A stretch of DNA of 64,000 bases from Candidatus Doudnabacteria bacterium (lineage in GTDB: Bacteria; Patescibacteriota; JAQUNI01), in assembly GCA_041644975.1 (NCBI GenBank), contig JBAZQX010000003.1, positions 7,530 through 71,529 of the forward strand. The letters run 5' to 3'. Of this stretch, positions 39,484 to 49,580 are shown piece by piece. Each line of letters starts with the position of its first letter. The stretch's first letter is position 1. The position numbers and the translations under genes are program-made. Under the pieces are notes generated by a model. That model ran no database searches. It had not been told where the DNA came from and saw only the letters and a program-made list of their open reading frames with translations.

Positions 39484-40911
39484 TCAATCTTGCTCCGCAA
39501 GATAGTGCTTGCCGCGGATTTCCAAGTCTTCCTTTTTCTTCTCTCCACTAATCACGGCGAATTTTGCCTTGAGCTCTTGGTCAGGCAATTTCGCCAAGCC
39601 TAAAACCATTTTCTCGAGGGTCTTTTTTTCATTCAGCTTGGGATCGTCCAATACTTCGGCTAAAAGCGCGTTCACAAGCAAGCCTATTTTTGGTCCAGGC
39701 TTGATGTTTAAAATTTTCATTATATCATTCCCGTTGATTTTCAACATTTTGGCGGAAATGGGATCGCGGGAAACCTTTTCCAGCATATATTCCAGATGAC
39801 GCAGTTTATAGGGTTTGGCTTTGGGACAGCCCGAACCCAAGCGGTCGGCGACACGCAATTCAATAAGATCGGTAATATTTTCCGGTCCCACCTTGCGCAA
39901 CAGCCGACGCACCCCGCGCTCTGTAACTTCGCCGATATTATAGACAAACATATGGTGGCGGATAAGGTGCGCCACGCGCTCCACCACTTTTTTGGAATAT
40001 TTGAGACGGTAAAGGATTTTACGGCTCATATACGCGCCTCGGACATTATGGCCGTAGAATGTTGCCTCATCGCCTGCGCCCCGACGCGCGTAGGGTTTCG
40101 CAATATCGTGGAGCAGGGCGGCAAGGCGGACTTCTATCTTTTTGGATTTGCAAAAGCCCAAGGATTTGACCGCGTGCTCAAAAACCGTGTAGATATGGTG
40201 TTTGGGCTGCTCCATACCTACGCCCGCCAAAAGCTCGGGAATGATGCAGGAGAGTAGTTTAAGGTCTAAAAGCAACCGCAAGCCCCATTCCGCTTGTTCG
40301 CTCATCACGATTTTCGTGAATTCATCGCGAACGCGCTCGCTGGAAATAAATTTAAGGTTAGAAGATAATTTTTTAATCGCTTCTTTGGTCTTTTCTTCAA
40401 TTTCAAAATGAAGCTCCGCGGCAAAGCGCACGGCGCGGAGCAGGCGCAGGGCGTCTTCGTTAAAACGCTCTTCCGGATCGCCAACTGCCCGCACAATTTT
40501 ATTGTTCAGATCTTCTTGCCCGCCGAAAAGATCAATTACTTTTCCCTCCTTTGCGCCCATAGCTAAAGCATTAATTGTGAAGTCGCGGCGAGCTAAATCG
40601 TCTTCCAACTTCGCCGCAAAGCGGACTTCGTCTGGGTGGCGCTTGTCCGTATATTTCGCTTCAATGCGGTAAGTCGTTACTTCAACCTCATGAATCACGA
40701 CCGTGCCGAATTTATTTTCATAACTCCCGTCGGGAAAAATTTTAATAATTTCCTCCGGCTTCGCGTTCGTGGTAATATCCCAATCTTTCGGCTCTTTTCC
40801 TAACAAAAAATCCCGCACGCACCCGCCGACAATATAGCCTTCAAAACCCGCACTATTTAATTTTTTAATAATATCGCTAACTGCAATAGGTATCTGCATA
40901 AAATAAATCAA
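39484..40911 (-). CDS. cca: tRNA nucleotidyltransferase (CCA-adding enzyme) with HD domain
   Basis: Pol-beta nucleotidyltransferase head (GGCVRDFLLGKEPKDWDITT...RDFTINALAM) and an HD domain (HHIYTVFEHAV...LAALLHDIAKP). Confidence 0.85.
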   Translation of the reverse strand: MIYFMQIPIAVSDIIKKLNSAGFEGYIVGGCVRDFLLGKEPKDWDITTNAKPEEIIKIFPDGSYENKFGTVVIHEVEVTTYRIEAKYTDKRHPDEVRFAAKLEDDLARRDFTINALAMGAKEGKVIDLFGGQEDLNNKIVRAVGDPEERFNEDALRLLRAVRFAAELHFEIEEKTKEAIKKLSSNLKFISSERVRDEFTKIVMSEQAEWGLRLLLDLKLLSCIIPELLAGVGMEQPKHHIYTVFEHAVKSLGFCKSKKIEVRLAALLHDIAKPYARRGAGDEATFYGHNVRGAYMSRKILYRLKYSKKVVERVAHLIRHHMFVYNIGEVTERGVRRLLRKVGPENITDLIELRVADRLGSGCPKAKPYKLRHLEYMLEKVSRDPISAKMLKINGNDIMKILNIKPGPKIGLLVNALLAEVLDDPKLNEKKTLEKMVLGLAKLPDQELKAKFAVISGEKKKEDLEIRGKHYLAEQD

Positions 40912-40994
40912 AAATCAAATATCAAAATGCAAAATGACAAATTAAAATTTAAAAAGAATCAAAATTTTTGCATTTTAATTTTTCATTTAGTTTG

Positions 40995-41067
40995 CGCCCT
41001 CGACAGGATTCGAACCTGTAATCTACGGCTTAGAAGGCCGTTGCATTATCCAATTATGCTACGAGGG
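40995..41067 (-). tRNA. tRNA-Arg (anticodon UCU); CCA not encoded
   Basis: Cloverleaf by hand: acceptor GCCCUCG/CGAGGGC, anticodon stem ACGGC/GCCGU, loop CUUCUAA, T-arm ACAGG-UUCGAAU-CCUGU. Confidence 0.8.
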
Positions 41068-41149
41068 CAAAACTTGGCGAGGGGCAGGAGCTTCGGATAA
41101 GCTGTTGCACTGCGCCCGCTCACAAGCTCTGAAAGAGCGAAGGCGGGTT

Positions 41150-41173
41150 ATCCAATTATGCTACGGGGAGAAG
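41150..41173. repeat. Direct duplicate of the 5' portion of tRNA-Arg(UCU) (ttatccaattatgctacgggg), a possible pseudo-tRNA or att remnant
   Basis: About 22 nt identical to 41044-41065. Followed by a GC-rich repeat (cccgcctcgcctgaagcgaagcgatggcgggcagg). Confidence 0.5.
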
Positions 41174-41453
41174 GGAGTAATTTTTAATTTTTATTTCTCC
41201 CGCCCGCCTCGCCTGAAGCGAAGCGATGGCGGGCAGGTAATTTTTAACTATTTTTTATTGAATTATTGAGTTATTGTCTTATTTGATGGTAATAAAAATG
41301 AAAACCATAAGATTATAACCCTATTAACAAATTAACATTGTTTGAGTCTAGCGTCAATTTCAATGTTCAAAAATTCCTGATTCATACTTCCTAATTCCTG
41401 ATTCAATAAATAGACAGCACAATAATTTTATGCTAATTTAAAGACACAATAAT

Positions 41454-41526
41454 GGTGGCTATGGTGTAACGGCAGCACAACAGGCTGTGGCCCTGTTAGA
41501 GAGGGTTCGAGTCCCTCTAGCCACCC
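41454..41526 (+). tRNA. tRNA-His (anticodon GUG); no encoded G-1 or CCA
   Basis: Acceptor GGUGGCU/AGCCACC, anticodon stem ACAGG/CCUGU, loop CUGUGGC, T-arm GAGGG-UUCGAGU-CCCUC. Confidence 0.8.
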
Positions 41527-41551
41527 CAAAAAACAAAACTTGTCCGGTTCC

Positions 41552-41590
41552 AAAAAAGACCTTCAACGAGGTCTTTTTTGGTTTTTTAAT
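41552..41590. terminator. Bidirectional intrinsic terminator (aaaaaagacc ttcaacga ggtctttttt)
   Basis: Stem with symmetric A/T tracts between tRNA-His and the convergent TrmB-like gene. Confidence 0.6.
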
Positions 41591-41604
41591 TATCCTCTTT
41601 GAAA

Positions 41605-42369
41605 TTATTTCACTTGACGCCAGAGTTGTTTAAACATTTCACGCATATTGTGCGCTAGGGTGGCATCATTAATTTCCACTAAATAATGTGGCCGTTGGTT
41701 CGTAATAAGCATCACTACGTAATCACCGCAGACCCAGATTGAAGCGGTGAATTGCTTGGTATTATTCCAAAACTTGATTTTTCTGGATAAATACTTCTTC
41801 TTTTTCATTTCTCTTTCCACCGCAGATTTATTCGTTAAGAGGTTAAGGGTTAGCCCTGGAGGTGCTATTTCTTGCCAATACCAATCAATCATCCTCCCAT
41901 AATGCTCTACATAAGTGTGGTCTTGAAATCCCCACCAAGTCTTGTCTCTTCGCATAATACTGTCTGACCAAGTTTTACTTTGCTTGTATAAATATCTTTC
42001 TAAATCCTTTTCCGCGATAAAGATAATCTTGGGGAGGGCATACTTGGCGTCTTTTGCCAAGATTCGTAGTTCTTTTACGGACTTATTGATCAAGTCTTTT
42101 TTCTGTTCTAATTCTTTTTCCTCTTTCTGGGTTAAATACTTTAAATCTTCCAAGGGCAGGGCAACAAGGTAGCGGACTTGACTTCCTAAATCTTCGGTAA
42201 TCACTCCTTTTTTGCTTAACTCTTTGGCGATGCTATATACTGTCGTGCGATTAATGCCCGTAATTTTTGCCACTTCAGAAGGGGCGATCTTCCCTCTTTG
42301 TAATATCGCGACATATACAGTGATCTCTTTCTCACTAAAACCCAATTGGGTTAAAAGCTGTTGGATCAT
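41605..42369 (-). CDS. TrmB-family HTH transcriptional regulator
   Basis: N-terminus LGFSEKEITVYVAILQRGKIAPSEVAKITGINRTTVYSIAKELSKKGVI (TrmB HTH). Confidence 0.7.
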   Translation of the reverse strand: MIQQLLTQLGFSEKEITVYVAILQRGKIAPSEVAKITGINRTTVYSIAKELSKKGVITEDLGSQVRYLVALPLEDLKYLTQKEEKELEQKKDLINKSVKELRILAKDAKYALPKIIFIAEKDLERYLYKQSKTWSDSIMRRDKTWWGFQDHTYVEHYGRMIDWYWQEIAPPGLTLNLLTNKSAVEREMKKKKYLSRKIKFWNNTKQFTASIWVCGDYVVMLITNQRPHYLVEINDATLAHNMREMFKQLWRQVK

Positions 42370-42575
42370 ATGGTTATTTTAATGATTTACTTTAATTATA
42401 GCGTGTTGTTGAAATATTGTCAACACTTATTTTGTCCTTATTATGATTGACTTTTTTATTTGTTATTATATGTTTTGTTGAATTACTATTGACAATATTT
42501 AACAGCTATGCTATCCTATCTGGAAAGGATGAAAAACGTATTGAAATAGCTTATATTAAAGGAGGTGAAAAAGTA

Positions 42576-43067
42576 ATGGAACAAAAGAAAGAAATTACCC
42601 CGATTACAGATCAACAAATGGAAAGCCTGAGAGAATTTATTCGCAGGGCTAAAGATGGCAGCGAGTTCGCAAAACAGGCTCTCCTCTGGCTCCTTGAACA
42701 AACTGATAATTTAACCAAACCTGTTTTATTATTATTTGACAACAGGTGTATTGAAGGACGTGGGGTAGCAAGGGGAGTTCATGATATGGTTAGTTCTGAG
42801 GGCATAACCCATCTTGGAAATTTTATACAGGGTCTCAGCACACCTATGAAGATTAGCAGTATTAACAGTGATCGTGAAATTTCAATAAGGATCGGCATTA
42901 ATTGTTTAGGGCTTGATTCTGGAACTAAGGTGATTTATGTCAATTCTGAACTGTCAGACCAAATGATTGCGGTGGTTAAAGCCAGTACTATTAAAAACAT
43001 TCGGACTTGTTCGGTGTGCAACATTGGTTTTGGTGACAACGAGATAAAAGGAGAAAACGATGAATAA
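42576..43067 (+). CDS. Hypothetical protein
   Basis: ORF with a strong RBS (aaaggaggtgaaaaagta ATG). No recognisable domain. Confidence 0.5.
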   Translation: MEQKKEITPITDQQMESLREFIRRAKDGSEFAKQALLWLLEQTDNLTKPVLLLFDNRCIEGRGVARGVHDMVSSEGITHLGNFIQGLSTPMKISSINSDREISIRIGINCLGLDSGTKVIYVNSELSDQMIAVVKASTIKNIRTCSVCNIGFGDNEIKGENDE

Positions 43068-43770
43068 AAAAGGACGTTTCGCGGAAGTGGCTGAAGGGTA
43101 TAACAACTTAAAACTTGCCATACCTCATTACAACAAGATTCAGAGGACGACAGGAAAACTATTAATTAGCAATCTAAAAAATTCTTTTCCAGAAAAAGAT
43201 TACTTTCTAATCCTGGAAATGGGGTTCGGGACAGGGGAAACCACAAAGCAGATTCTAGTCATGGCGGATAAAGCCGGTGTTAAAATTCGGATCATAGCCA
43301 TTGATGATGAGATAGAGATGCTTAGAGTGGCTAAGAAGAAAATCAAGGATTATCGAGCCAGTTTCATCTTGGCTGAGGCAAACGAATTTATCACCGGACA
43401 ATCTCAAAAGTATCACGGTGTGGTGTCAGGATTCATGCTGCACAATCTTGAGAAGGAACAACGTGCTGATATTATAAATAAGTCCTTGCAAGTTTTGGAT
43501 CCGGGAGGGATATTTGTTAATACAGATAAAATTGCCCAAGACGATTTTATCGCTCACCTTAAAGATCTAGACAAACAACTACGCGCTTTTGATGTTTTCC
43601 GAGATGAAAATGATAAATACTGGGCTTATTGGTATAAGCATTATCTAGATGACGACGAGTTGAAGATGACCGAATCTGAACTTGAAAGTCTGCTAAAACC
43701 TAGATGCCGGAAAGTTGAATTTGTTGAAAGGCACGTTATGGATGAAATCTGCTTGGCAGTTCGTTCATAA
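43060..43770 (+). CDS. Class I SAM-dependent methyltransferase
   Basis: Motif I LEMGFGTGETT and a post-I acidic residue. Translationally coupled to the upstream ORF. Confidence 0.7.
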   Translation: MNKKGRFAEVAEGYNNLKLAIPHYNKIQRTTGKLLISNLKNSFPEKDYFLILEMGFGTGETTKQILVMADKAGVKIRIIAIDDEIEMLRVAKKKIKDYRASFILAEANEFITGQSQKYHGVVSGFMLHNLEKEQRADIINKSLQVLDPGGIFVNTDKIAQDDFIAHLKDLDKQLRAFDVFRDENDKYWAYWYKHYLDDDELKMTESELESLLKPRCRKVEFVERHVMDEICLAVRS

Positions 43771-43921
43771 TTGAACTTTATCGAGGAGCATAATAGGTTA
43801 ACCGGATTAGATATATCCGGTTTTTTTATTTTTAACAATTTTGAAACACGATTTCAACATCTTCTACAAAAAAATATAAAAAGCCGTGTGATTGAAGCAC
43901 GGCTTTTGCGTTGCTAAAGAT

Positions 43922-44503
43922 TTAGAATTTCTTAAACAGGTACTCAAACTTGAAGCAACGCTCATTGCGATTGCGCAGGTTGATTCCAGTAAAGATCTGG
44001 AAGGTGCTAGATCCAAACTCATAAATCAGTATTGGGCCTAACATAGCCGGCAACGGATTATTGCCAAACTTGAAACCTTCTAGACGAACCCCCATTACCT
44101 TCCACAATACAATATCCTTATAGAAGAACAAGTGGGAATTAATGCCTTTGCCCCATGACTTATCGTTGATAATCGTAACCGAAAAGGGACCGATAGAGCC
44201 GATAATGTTTATCTTTCCGACCCAGTGCGTGACTGGCGTACCTGGCTCTGTATTATCCAATCTGAGCCCTGCAGGCAGTTGGAGGGATAATTTTGTCCCT
44301 GGAATCTGAAAAATTGGACCGGCGGCAACAACACTCCACTCTTTAGGCACACCGTAGACCTGAGTTTGAATATTATTTCCGTTATGAATCCACCAAACCA
44401 TCAAGTTCGGCATTACATCGACCTCAATGAAGTCAAAACTTTTCGCTCCGTTAACTGTGAACAACATTACTACCAAAATCACTAATAAAGCAAACTTTTT
44501 CAT
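43922..44503 (-). CDS. Secreted hypothetical protein
   Basis: Signal peptide MKKFALLVILVVMLFTVNGA. Confidence 0.5.
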   Translation of the reverse strand: MKKFALLVILVVMLFTVNGAKSFDFIEVDVMPNLMVWWIHNGNNIQTQVYGVPKEWSVVAAGPIFQIPGTKLSLQLPAGLRLDNTEPGTPVTHWVGKINIIGSIGPFSVTIINDKSWGKGINSHLFFYKDIVLWKVMGVRLEGFKFGNNPLPAMLGPILIYEFGSSTFQIFTGINLRNRNERCFKFEYLFKKF

Positions 44504-44515
44504 TGTAGTTCCTCC

Positions 44516-45301
44516 TTACTTTCTGATCCAAATGAAATCCACTGCGGAGAACCATTCTCCGTGGACAGCAATCCATTCTGACAAATAACTCGTTAATTCT
44601 TTGCGGATATGACTTAAATCGGCCATGCCGAGAATGAAAGGATAAATCGCTTCGGCTGCACAAGTTAATTCTCCGGCGGCAAGGAGAGCGGGGATCGGCA
44701 AATTCGCTGTCTCCTGCTCAAACCTAATCCCGAGCTTACTCAATTTGGCGCAGATCTCATTACCGGTTGCGCGATAATGTCCGCCGCGAATCTGGTTTGA
44801 AAACGTCGCCATAACATTATCTTTGGCAGTGATCACTATGACTCCAAGGCCATCTTTGCTTATTGCTTCTGTAAATTTCCTTAATGTATTCTTCGCTTTA
44901 GCCTCCTCACGCCATCCATTAATCCCATACCAAGAGTGGAGGGAAAGCACGAAGTTATACTTTTTGCGCAGGGCAAATTCCGACCAGGAATAATGCGCGA
45001 AGGAGAAGTGAGGCGAATCCAAATGGGCGACCTTTTGCTTGAAAGCGGCAAGTTGCTCTCGGGAAACATCTACAACTTCCCATTTTTTTACGGTGATTTC
45101 TCTCGCATTTAGGAAGGAAATAATCTCTAAGGAAGAGGTGCCCGAGCCCCCTCCGATGTCTAATGCCTCAATCTCCTGGATACCTCTTCGCGCAATACCA
45201 TCGGCAAGATAGGGATTTTCTGGGCAAGGCAAATATCTCCGAAATTTTTCATAAAGGTCAAAGTTGCCTTTATGAAGCCATTCTTCTTGATAGGTATTCA
45301 C
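44516..45301 (-). CDS. Class I SAM-dependent methyltransferase
   Basis: Motif I ALDIGGGSGTSS. Confidence 0.65.
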   Translation of the reverse strand: MNTYQEEWLHKGNFDLYEKFRRYLPCPENPYLADGIARRGIQEIEALDIGGGSGTSSLEIISFLNAREITVKKWEVVDVSREQLAAFKQKVAHLDSPHFSFAHYSWSEFALRKKYNFVLSLHSWYGINGWREEAKAKNTLRKFTEAISKDGLGVIVITAKDNVMATFSNQIRGGHYRATGNEICAKLSKLGIRFEQETANLPIPALLAAGELTCAAEAIYPFILGMADLSHIRKELTSYLSEWIAVHGEWFSAVDFIWIRK

Positions 45302-45461
45302 TTTCTTAGCCCCCTTGTTTTAGGTTGTAAAGGACTGATTTGACATATTTTTGTTTTCATTGTAGTATAGCATACTATAATAATTCTGTCAATAGTTTGG
45401 GGTGACACTTTCAATAATTTATTCTGAAATGTCCTAAAAATCCTCTTGCTCAAGCTAAAAA

Positions 45462-46217
45462 TTGTGCTACAATATAGATAAGATGAATCTTTTAACTAAA
45501 TTAAAAAAACTTGGCTTCACCGAAAATGAAGCCAAGGTATATCTGGTCCTGCTTAAAACGGGCTTCTCCACAGCAGGACCAATCATCAAAGCGACGGACT
45601 TGCATCGCAATATTGTTTATGATTGTCTTGATAAGCTCGTGAAAAGAAAACTGGCGAGCGAAAGCTTGCTGCGCGGCAAAAAGCATTTTAGACCTCTCAA
45701 TCCTGAAAAAATTGTCCGGGTCAAGCAACAGAATTTAGCGTTGGCCGAACAGGTTGTGCCCGCTTTGCAAAAACTCAAAAAATCAGAAGCCCAGGAAGTA
45801 ACGATCTACGAAGGGTCCGAAGGTTTTCAAAATGTCCACATATATCAGCTCGAACATTCTAAAGCAGGAGAGACTTTTTATGTAATTATGGCGGGTGGTT
45901 CAGAATGGTATAAAAACATGGGCAAGGGTTTTAAAAAGTTTGAAAAGGCAAGACTAGCCAAGAATATTTCGATTAAATTAACCGCCCTAGAATCTAGACG
46001 CGGGGAGATGCAAAGTGAGCAGGGTCAACGCAAGTTTTTTTCTGTCCGCTACCTGCCCGCTATGTTTAAAAATCCCACCGATATTACGGTTTGGGGAGAT
46101 TCGGCTAGCATCTTTATTTTTGGCGAACCTGTCTTATCAATTGTGATCACGAACCGAAAGGTGGCCCAAGCCTTCAAAAAGCACTTTGAGGACTTGTGGA
46201 AGATTGCCAAACCGTGA
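45462..46217 (+). CDS. TrmB-family HTH transcriptional regulator (paralog of 41605-42369)
   Basis: LGFTENEAKVYLVLLKTGFSTAGPIIKATDLHRNIVYDCLDKLVKRKL. The likely start is MNLLTKL at 45483. Confidence 0.7.
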   Translation: MCYNIDKMNLLTKLKKLGFTENEAKVYLVLLKTGFSTAGPIIKATDLHRNIVYDCLDKLVKRKLASESLLRGKKHFRPLNPEKIVRVKQQNLALAEQVVPALQKLKKSEAQEVTIYEGSEGFQNVHIYQLEHSKAGETFYVIMAGGSEWYKNMGKGFKKFEKARLAKNISIKLTALESRRGEMQSEQGQRKFFSVRYLPAMFKNPTDITVWGDSASIFIFGEPVLSIVITNRKVAQAFKKHFEDLWKIAKP

Positions 46218-46299
46218 AACTATTAGCTTTTTAGAAATCTCACTATCAAAATTGCAGTCTGAACAGCGATTTTTTTGTTTCTAAAATATATTAAACAGG

Positions 46300-46495
46300 T
46301 TCAGGCATCGTCCCTGCCTACGTCCGCCTATGGCGGACTACGGCGAGCAGGCTTGTCCATTATAGCTTTAGCGAAGGTGGGCCGCAGACGACCCAAGCTT
46401 CAAAAAATCGCCCCTCGGCAAGCCCTGTCCGCCTAAGGCGGACTACGGGGCAAGCTTGGGACTTCGCCAAGCTGGCGATTTTTTGGTAGAATGGA
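46300..46495. repeat. GC-rich hairpin repeats (gtccgcctatggcggac, gtccgcctaaggcggac) plus a terminator-like ggcgattttttggtagaat end (also at 49518-49540)
   Basis: GTCCGCC-N4-GGCGGAC hairpins. aaaaaatcgcc...ggcgatttttt complementarity. Confidence 0.6.
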
Positions 46496-46549
46496 ATTCC
46501 ATAAAAATTCATCGGGAATAAAAGAGGAAAACATTGATCCGACCAATAG

Positions 46550-47600
46550 CTACTCGCTAATCCAAAACCAAAATTGATTGACCAGTTCCTCTTTCAATTT
46601 ATACGTGTCGGCATGGGAAAGAACGCCGAGATAGGAATGTAAGGATTGATTCAAGGACTTTTTATCAATTCCCCCTGCCTTATATTGAATAACTCTCATT
46701 TTTAATTTTTTGAATATCCGCTTTTTTGTTTTTGTCCGGAGTAGCCAATAATGAGGTAAAACGACATAGCCAAGAAAATCGATCCCTTGGCTATGTTTTC
46801 TAATAACAATTTTTTGGGGGTGCAGTTCCAGTGAAAGTTTTTCTCTTAAAAAAGAATCTGTCTCAAAGAGGATATTCTCCAATTCTTTTCTCTTTTTTTC
46901 AACAATAACAAAATCATCGGTATAGCGGGCATAGCATTTTATCCGTAATTTATTTTTAACGAACTGATCAAGCTCATTAAGATAAATATTAGCGAAAAGC
47001 TGGGATGTGAGATTGCCAATTGGTAGACCTCTTTCGGTCAAAATATCCGATTGTTCGGAAGAAAAACTGTTTATGATTTCTTTAATAAGCCAGATTGCGT
47101 TTTCATCTTTAATTCGTTTTTTTAAAATGCTCATTAGTATTCCGTGATCAACTGTTCCGAAAAATTTTCTGACGTCGCATTTCAAAATATAGCAGGCCTT
47201 GGAACAGTTTTTACTTGTTTTTCTTACGAAATTATTTAGAGCTAAGACTCCTTTATGCGTCCCTTTGCCAATACGACAAGAGAAAGAATGGGGTATAAAA
47301 GTTGGTTCAAAAATCGGATTAAGCACCGAGAATATGGCGTGGTGCAAAATCCTGTCTCGGACTTCGGCTTTGTGAATATGCCTTTGTTTCGGATCGCGAA
47401 TGTAAAATGAAGTATAACTCCCGTGCTTATATGAGCGTCTTCTTAATTCCCTCTGCAACTGGAAAATATTCTTTTCCAGTTTCCATTCAAATCGCCGGAC
47501 ATCCATTTTTCTCCATTTGCCAACCTTAAAATCATCCCAAGCTGAGAATAGGTTCTCTGACGAAATGATTTGATTAAAAATGTTTTTATAAATTTTCATA
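46550..47600 (-). CDS. Diversity-generating retroelement (DGR) reverse transcriptase
   Basis: RT motifs: LPIGNLTSQLFANIYL, carrying the DGR-specific [I]GxxxSQ variant of motif 4, and YARYTDDFVIV (YxDD). The start is assigned to MKIYKNIF. Confidence 0.8.
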
Positions 47601-47609
47601 ACAATCACC

Positions 47610-47960
47610 ATGGAAGAATTTGACATGCCAATCTTCAAAAAAATCTACGAGTTATATCGGAATTTCCGCAGCTTTAGAAATTCAATTCCCAAGCAAGACC
47701 GCTACACTCTCTGGCAAAAGTGCGAAAATATCCTGATGGAAACATTGGAAAACATCTTGTTGGCGAGCCAAATATCCAAAGCGGAAAAATTGCCAGTCCT
47801 TGAAAAAGCCAGCTTGAAGCTGAACTCATTCAGGATTTTTGTCCGCCTTGCCAAAGAAGTGAAAGTAATTGATGGCAAAAAGTATGTTCTACTTCAAGAA
47901 AATACCGATGAAATCGGACGGATGCTCGGTGGCTGGATAAAATCCGTTCGCTCGAATTAA
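47610..47960 (+). CDS. avd: DGR accessory variability determinant (Avd)-like four-helix-bundle protein
   Basis: Same family as 1778-2143 (YTLWQKCENILMETLENILLA ... TDEIGRMLGGWIKS). Divergent from, and adjacent to, the RT. Confidence 0.65.
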   Translation: MEEFDMPIFKKIYELYRNFRSFRNSIPKQDRYTLWQKCENILMETLENILLASQISKAEKLPVLEKASLKLNSFRIFVRLAKEVKVIDGKKYVLLQENTDEIGRMLGGWIKSVRSN

Positions 47961-48010
47961 AACAAAGGACATCTTCTTTTCAGATGTCCTTTACTTATGA
48001 GGAGAGACTT

Positions 48011-48135
48011 CGGAACGAACCCAGACGCCGAACCATATTGCCTATTAGCAAGGTACGTCCAGTTGGTGTTGAAGTGAAGCTTGCCGTCGTTCCAATTGAA
48101 GATCGAAGCGCTCACGAACTCGCCATCGCCGTCAG
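48011..48135 (-). other. DGR template repeat (TR)
   Basis: 125 nt aligned to VR 48565-48689 with 8 differences. Seven of the eight are T in this copy on the plus strand, which is A on the minus strand, versus G/C/A in VR. This is the adenine-specific mutagenesis signature. Confidence 0.75.
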
Positions 48136-48555
48136 AATTTTACTTCTGCCCATCTTTGATCACCAGAAATTGAGATTTACCGCCTAAAAAAATAGGCCTA
48201 TTTTCTCTCTTTCTTGAATTTTATTCGGGAGCAGTTTTTTGGACATCTCCACAAGGCAAAAGCAAGCAGTATCTCCTCAAGATAACACACTTCTTTCGGC
48301 CGTAGCTAAAAGAACTCCGGTTATTTTCCTTGAAGAGGCGAGAAGGCGACAGTAATCCGTGGACGGCTGTGCATTAGCCCGCTCAATTAGAAGTATAGCG
48401 AAAAGATTATTTGAAACAAATAAAAATGGGCTATCGATGTGATAACCCCTTCTTGAACCGACCGCCTTCGGTCGCACGACGCTCAATAGCTTTGGCGACG
48501 GCGCGCGGAAGTTTCAAGGGTTAAAGAAGGACACAAGGTTTCAAAGCTCCGAGGT

Positions 48556-49269
48556 TCAACCCTGCGGAACGAACCCAGACGCCGAACCATATGGCCTATT
48601 AGCGAGGTACGTCCAGCGGGTGTTGAAGTGAAGCTCGCCGTCGTACCAATCGAAGAGCGAAGCGCTCACGAACTCGCCATCGCCGTCAGGAGCATATTCG
48701 TCGCCACCACAGTCAACGTGCAGTTGCTCCCAGACCTGCTCACGTTCGGGATGAGTGAGAAGCATTACGCCGATGGGATAGGCACCAAAAAGAATTTCGT
48801 TATCCAGAACATTTTCACGAGCACAGTCAACGCTTTCGCCCCTATGCTTTTTTCCGAACTGAGCGGGAACGACGGGTGTAAATTTCTCGCCTTGTATTAG
48901 CGTTAGCTGATTCCAGAGGCTGAGGGTGCGTTTACTTTGCCGAAGGTAGAGATGACCTGTTTTGCCCTGACGCCAATTCCTGAACTCACGACTCTTGCCG
49001 ATCCTCTCCAGCACAAAATCCACGGCATAATTGTAGGGATGTTCGCAGTTAGATGGGACAATATTCTGGATAGGCGGAATAACCCAAAATCCTTCGGCTC
49101 CCTCGGGAAGCTTATTAATGTTGGCGAGCGGTTTGAGAAGAAACTGATATTCTTCCCGAAGGATTGTAGCCTGCTCCTCCGGTTCCTTCGCTCCGTTGTA
49201 GCCTTTGGGATATTCATAATTTGATTCAACCTTGTCATGCGGATTTTTATTTTCTTTCATCTTCTTCAT
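48556..49269 (-). CDS. DGR target (variable) protein with a C-terminal VR, consistent with a C-type lectin/FGE-like fold
   Basis: The VR (48565-48689) occupies the last roughly 41 codons before the stop. Confidence 0.65.
   Translation of the reverse strand: MKKMKENKNPHDKVESNYEYPKGYNGAKEPEEQATILREEYQFLLKPLANINKLPEGAEGFWVIPPIQNIVPSNCEHPYNYAVDFVLERIGKSREFRNWRQGKTGHLYLRQSKRTLSLWNQLTLIQGEKFTPVVPAQFGKKHRGESVDCARENVLDNEILFGAYPIGVMLLTHPEREQVWEQLHVDCGGDEYAPDGDGEFVSASLFDWYDGELHFNTRWTYLANRPYGSASGFVPQG
48565..48689 (-). other. DGR variable repeat (VR) at the 3' end of the target gene
   Basis: See TR. Identity breaks down immediately outside the 125-nt block. Confidence 0.75.
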
Positions 49270-49580
49270 TCTCCTTTTACGTTTTGCATTGCATCAAGTT
49301 GGTTTTCCTAATCTTGGGATAGAACTTGTCTCTTGAATGAGACGAGCACTTTAAGAATCAATAATGACACTCAAAATGCCAATCTCATTGCTAATATAGT
49401 TAAAGAACCAATAGAACAGCTTACCATATTTATAATAATTTGTCAAGTTTTTTGCCCTCTCGGCATTCATCGTTGTTGTTCTCGTTAAAAGAAGACAAAG
49501 AATCGCCCCTTTAGTTTAGGGCGATTTTTTGGTAGAATAAATGTAAGAAGTAGAATTCACAAAAAATAAAAACAAATATT

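Noticed and set aside
47984-48187. Six-frame ORFs 47984-48187 (+) and 48628-48900 (+) with similar protein sequences
   Set aside because: They are the DGR TR and VR read on the non-coding strand; the similarity is due to the repeat, not to paralogous genes.
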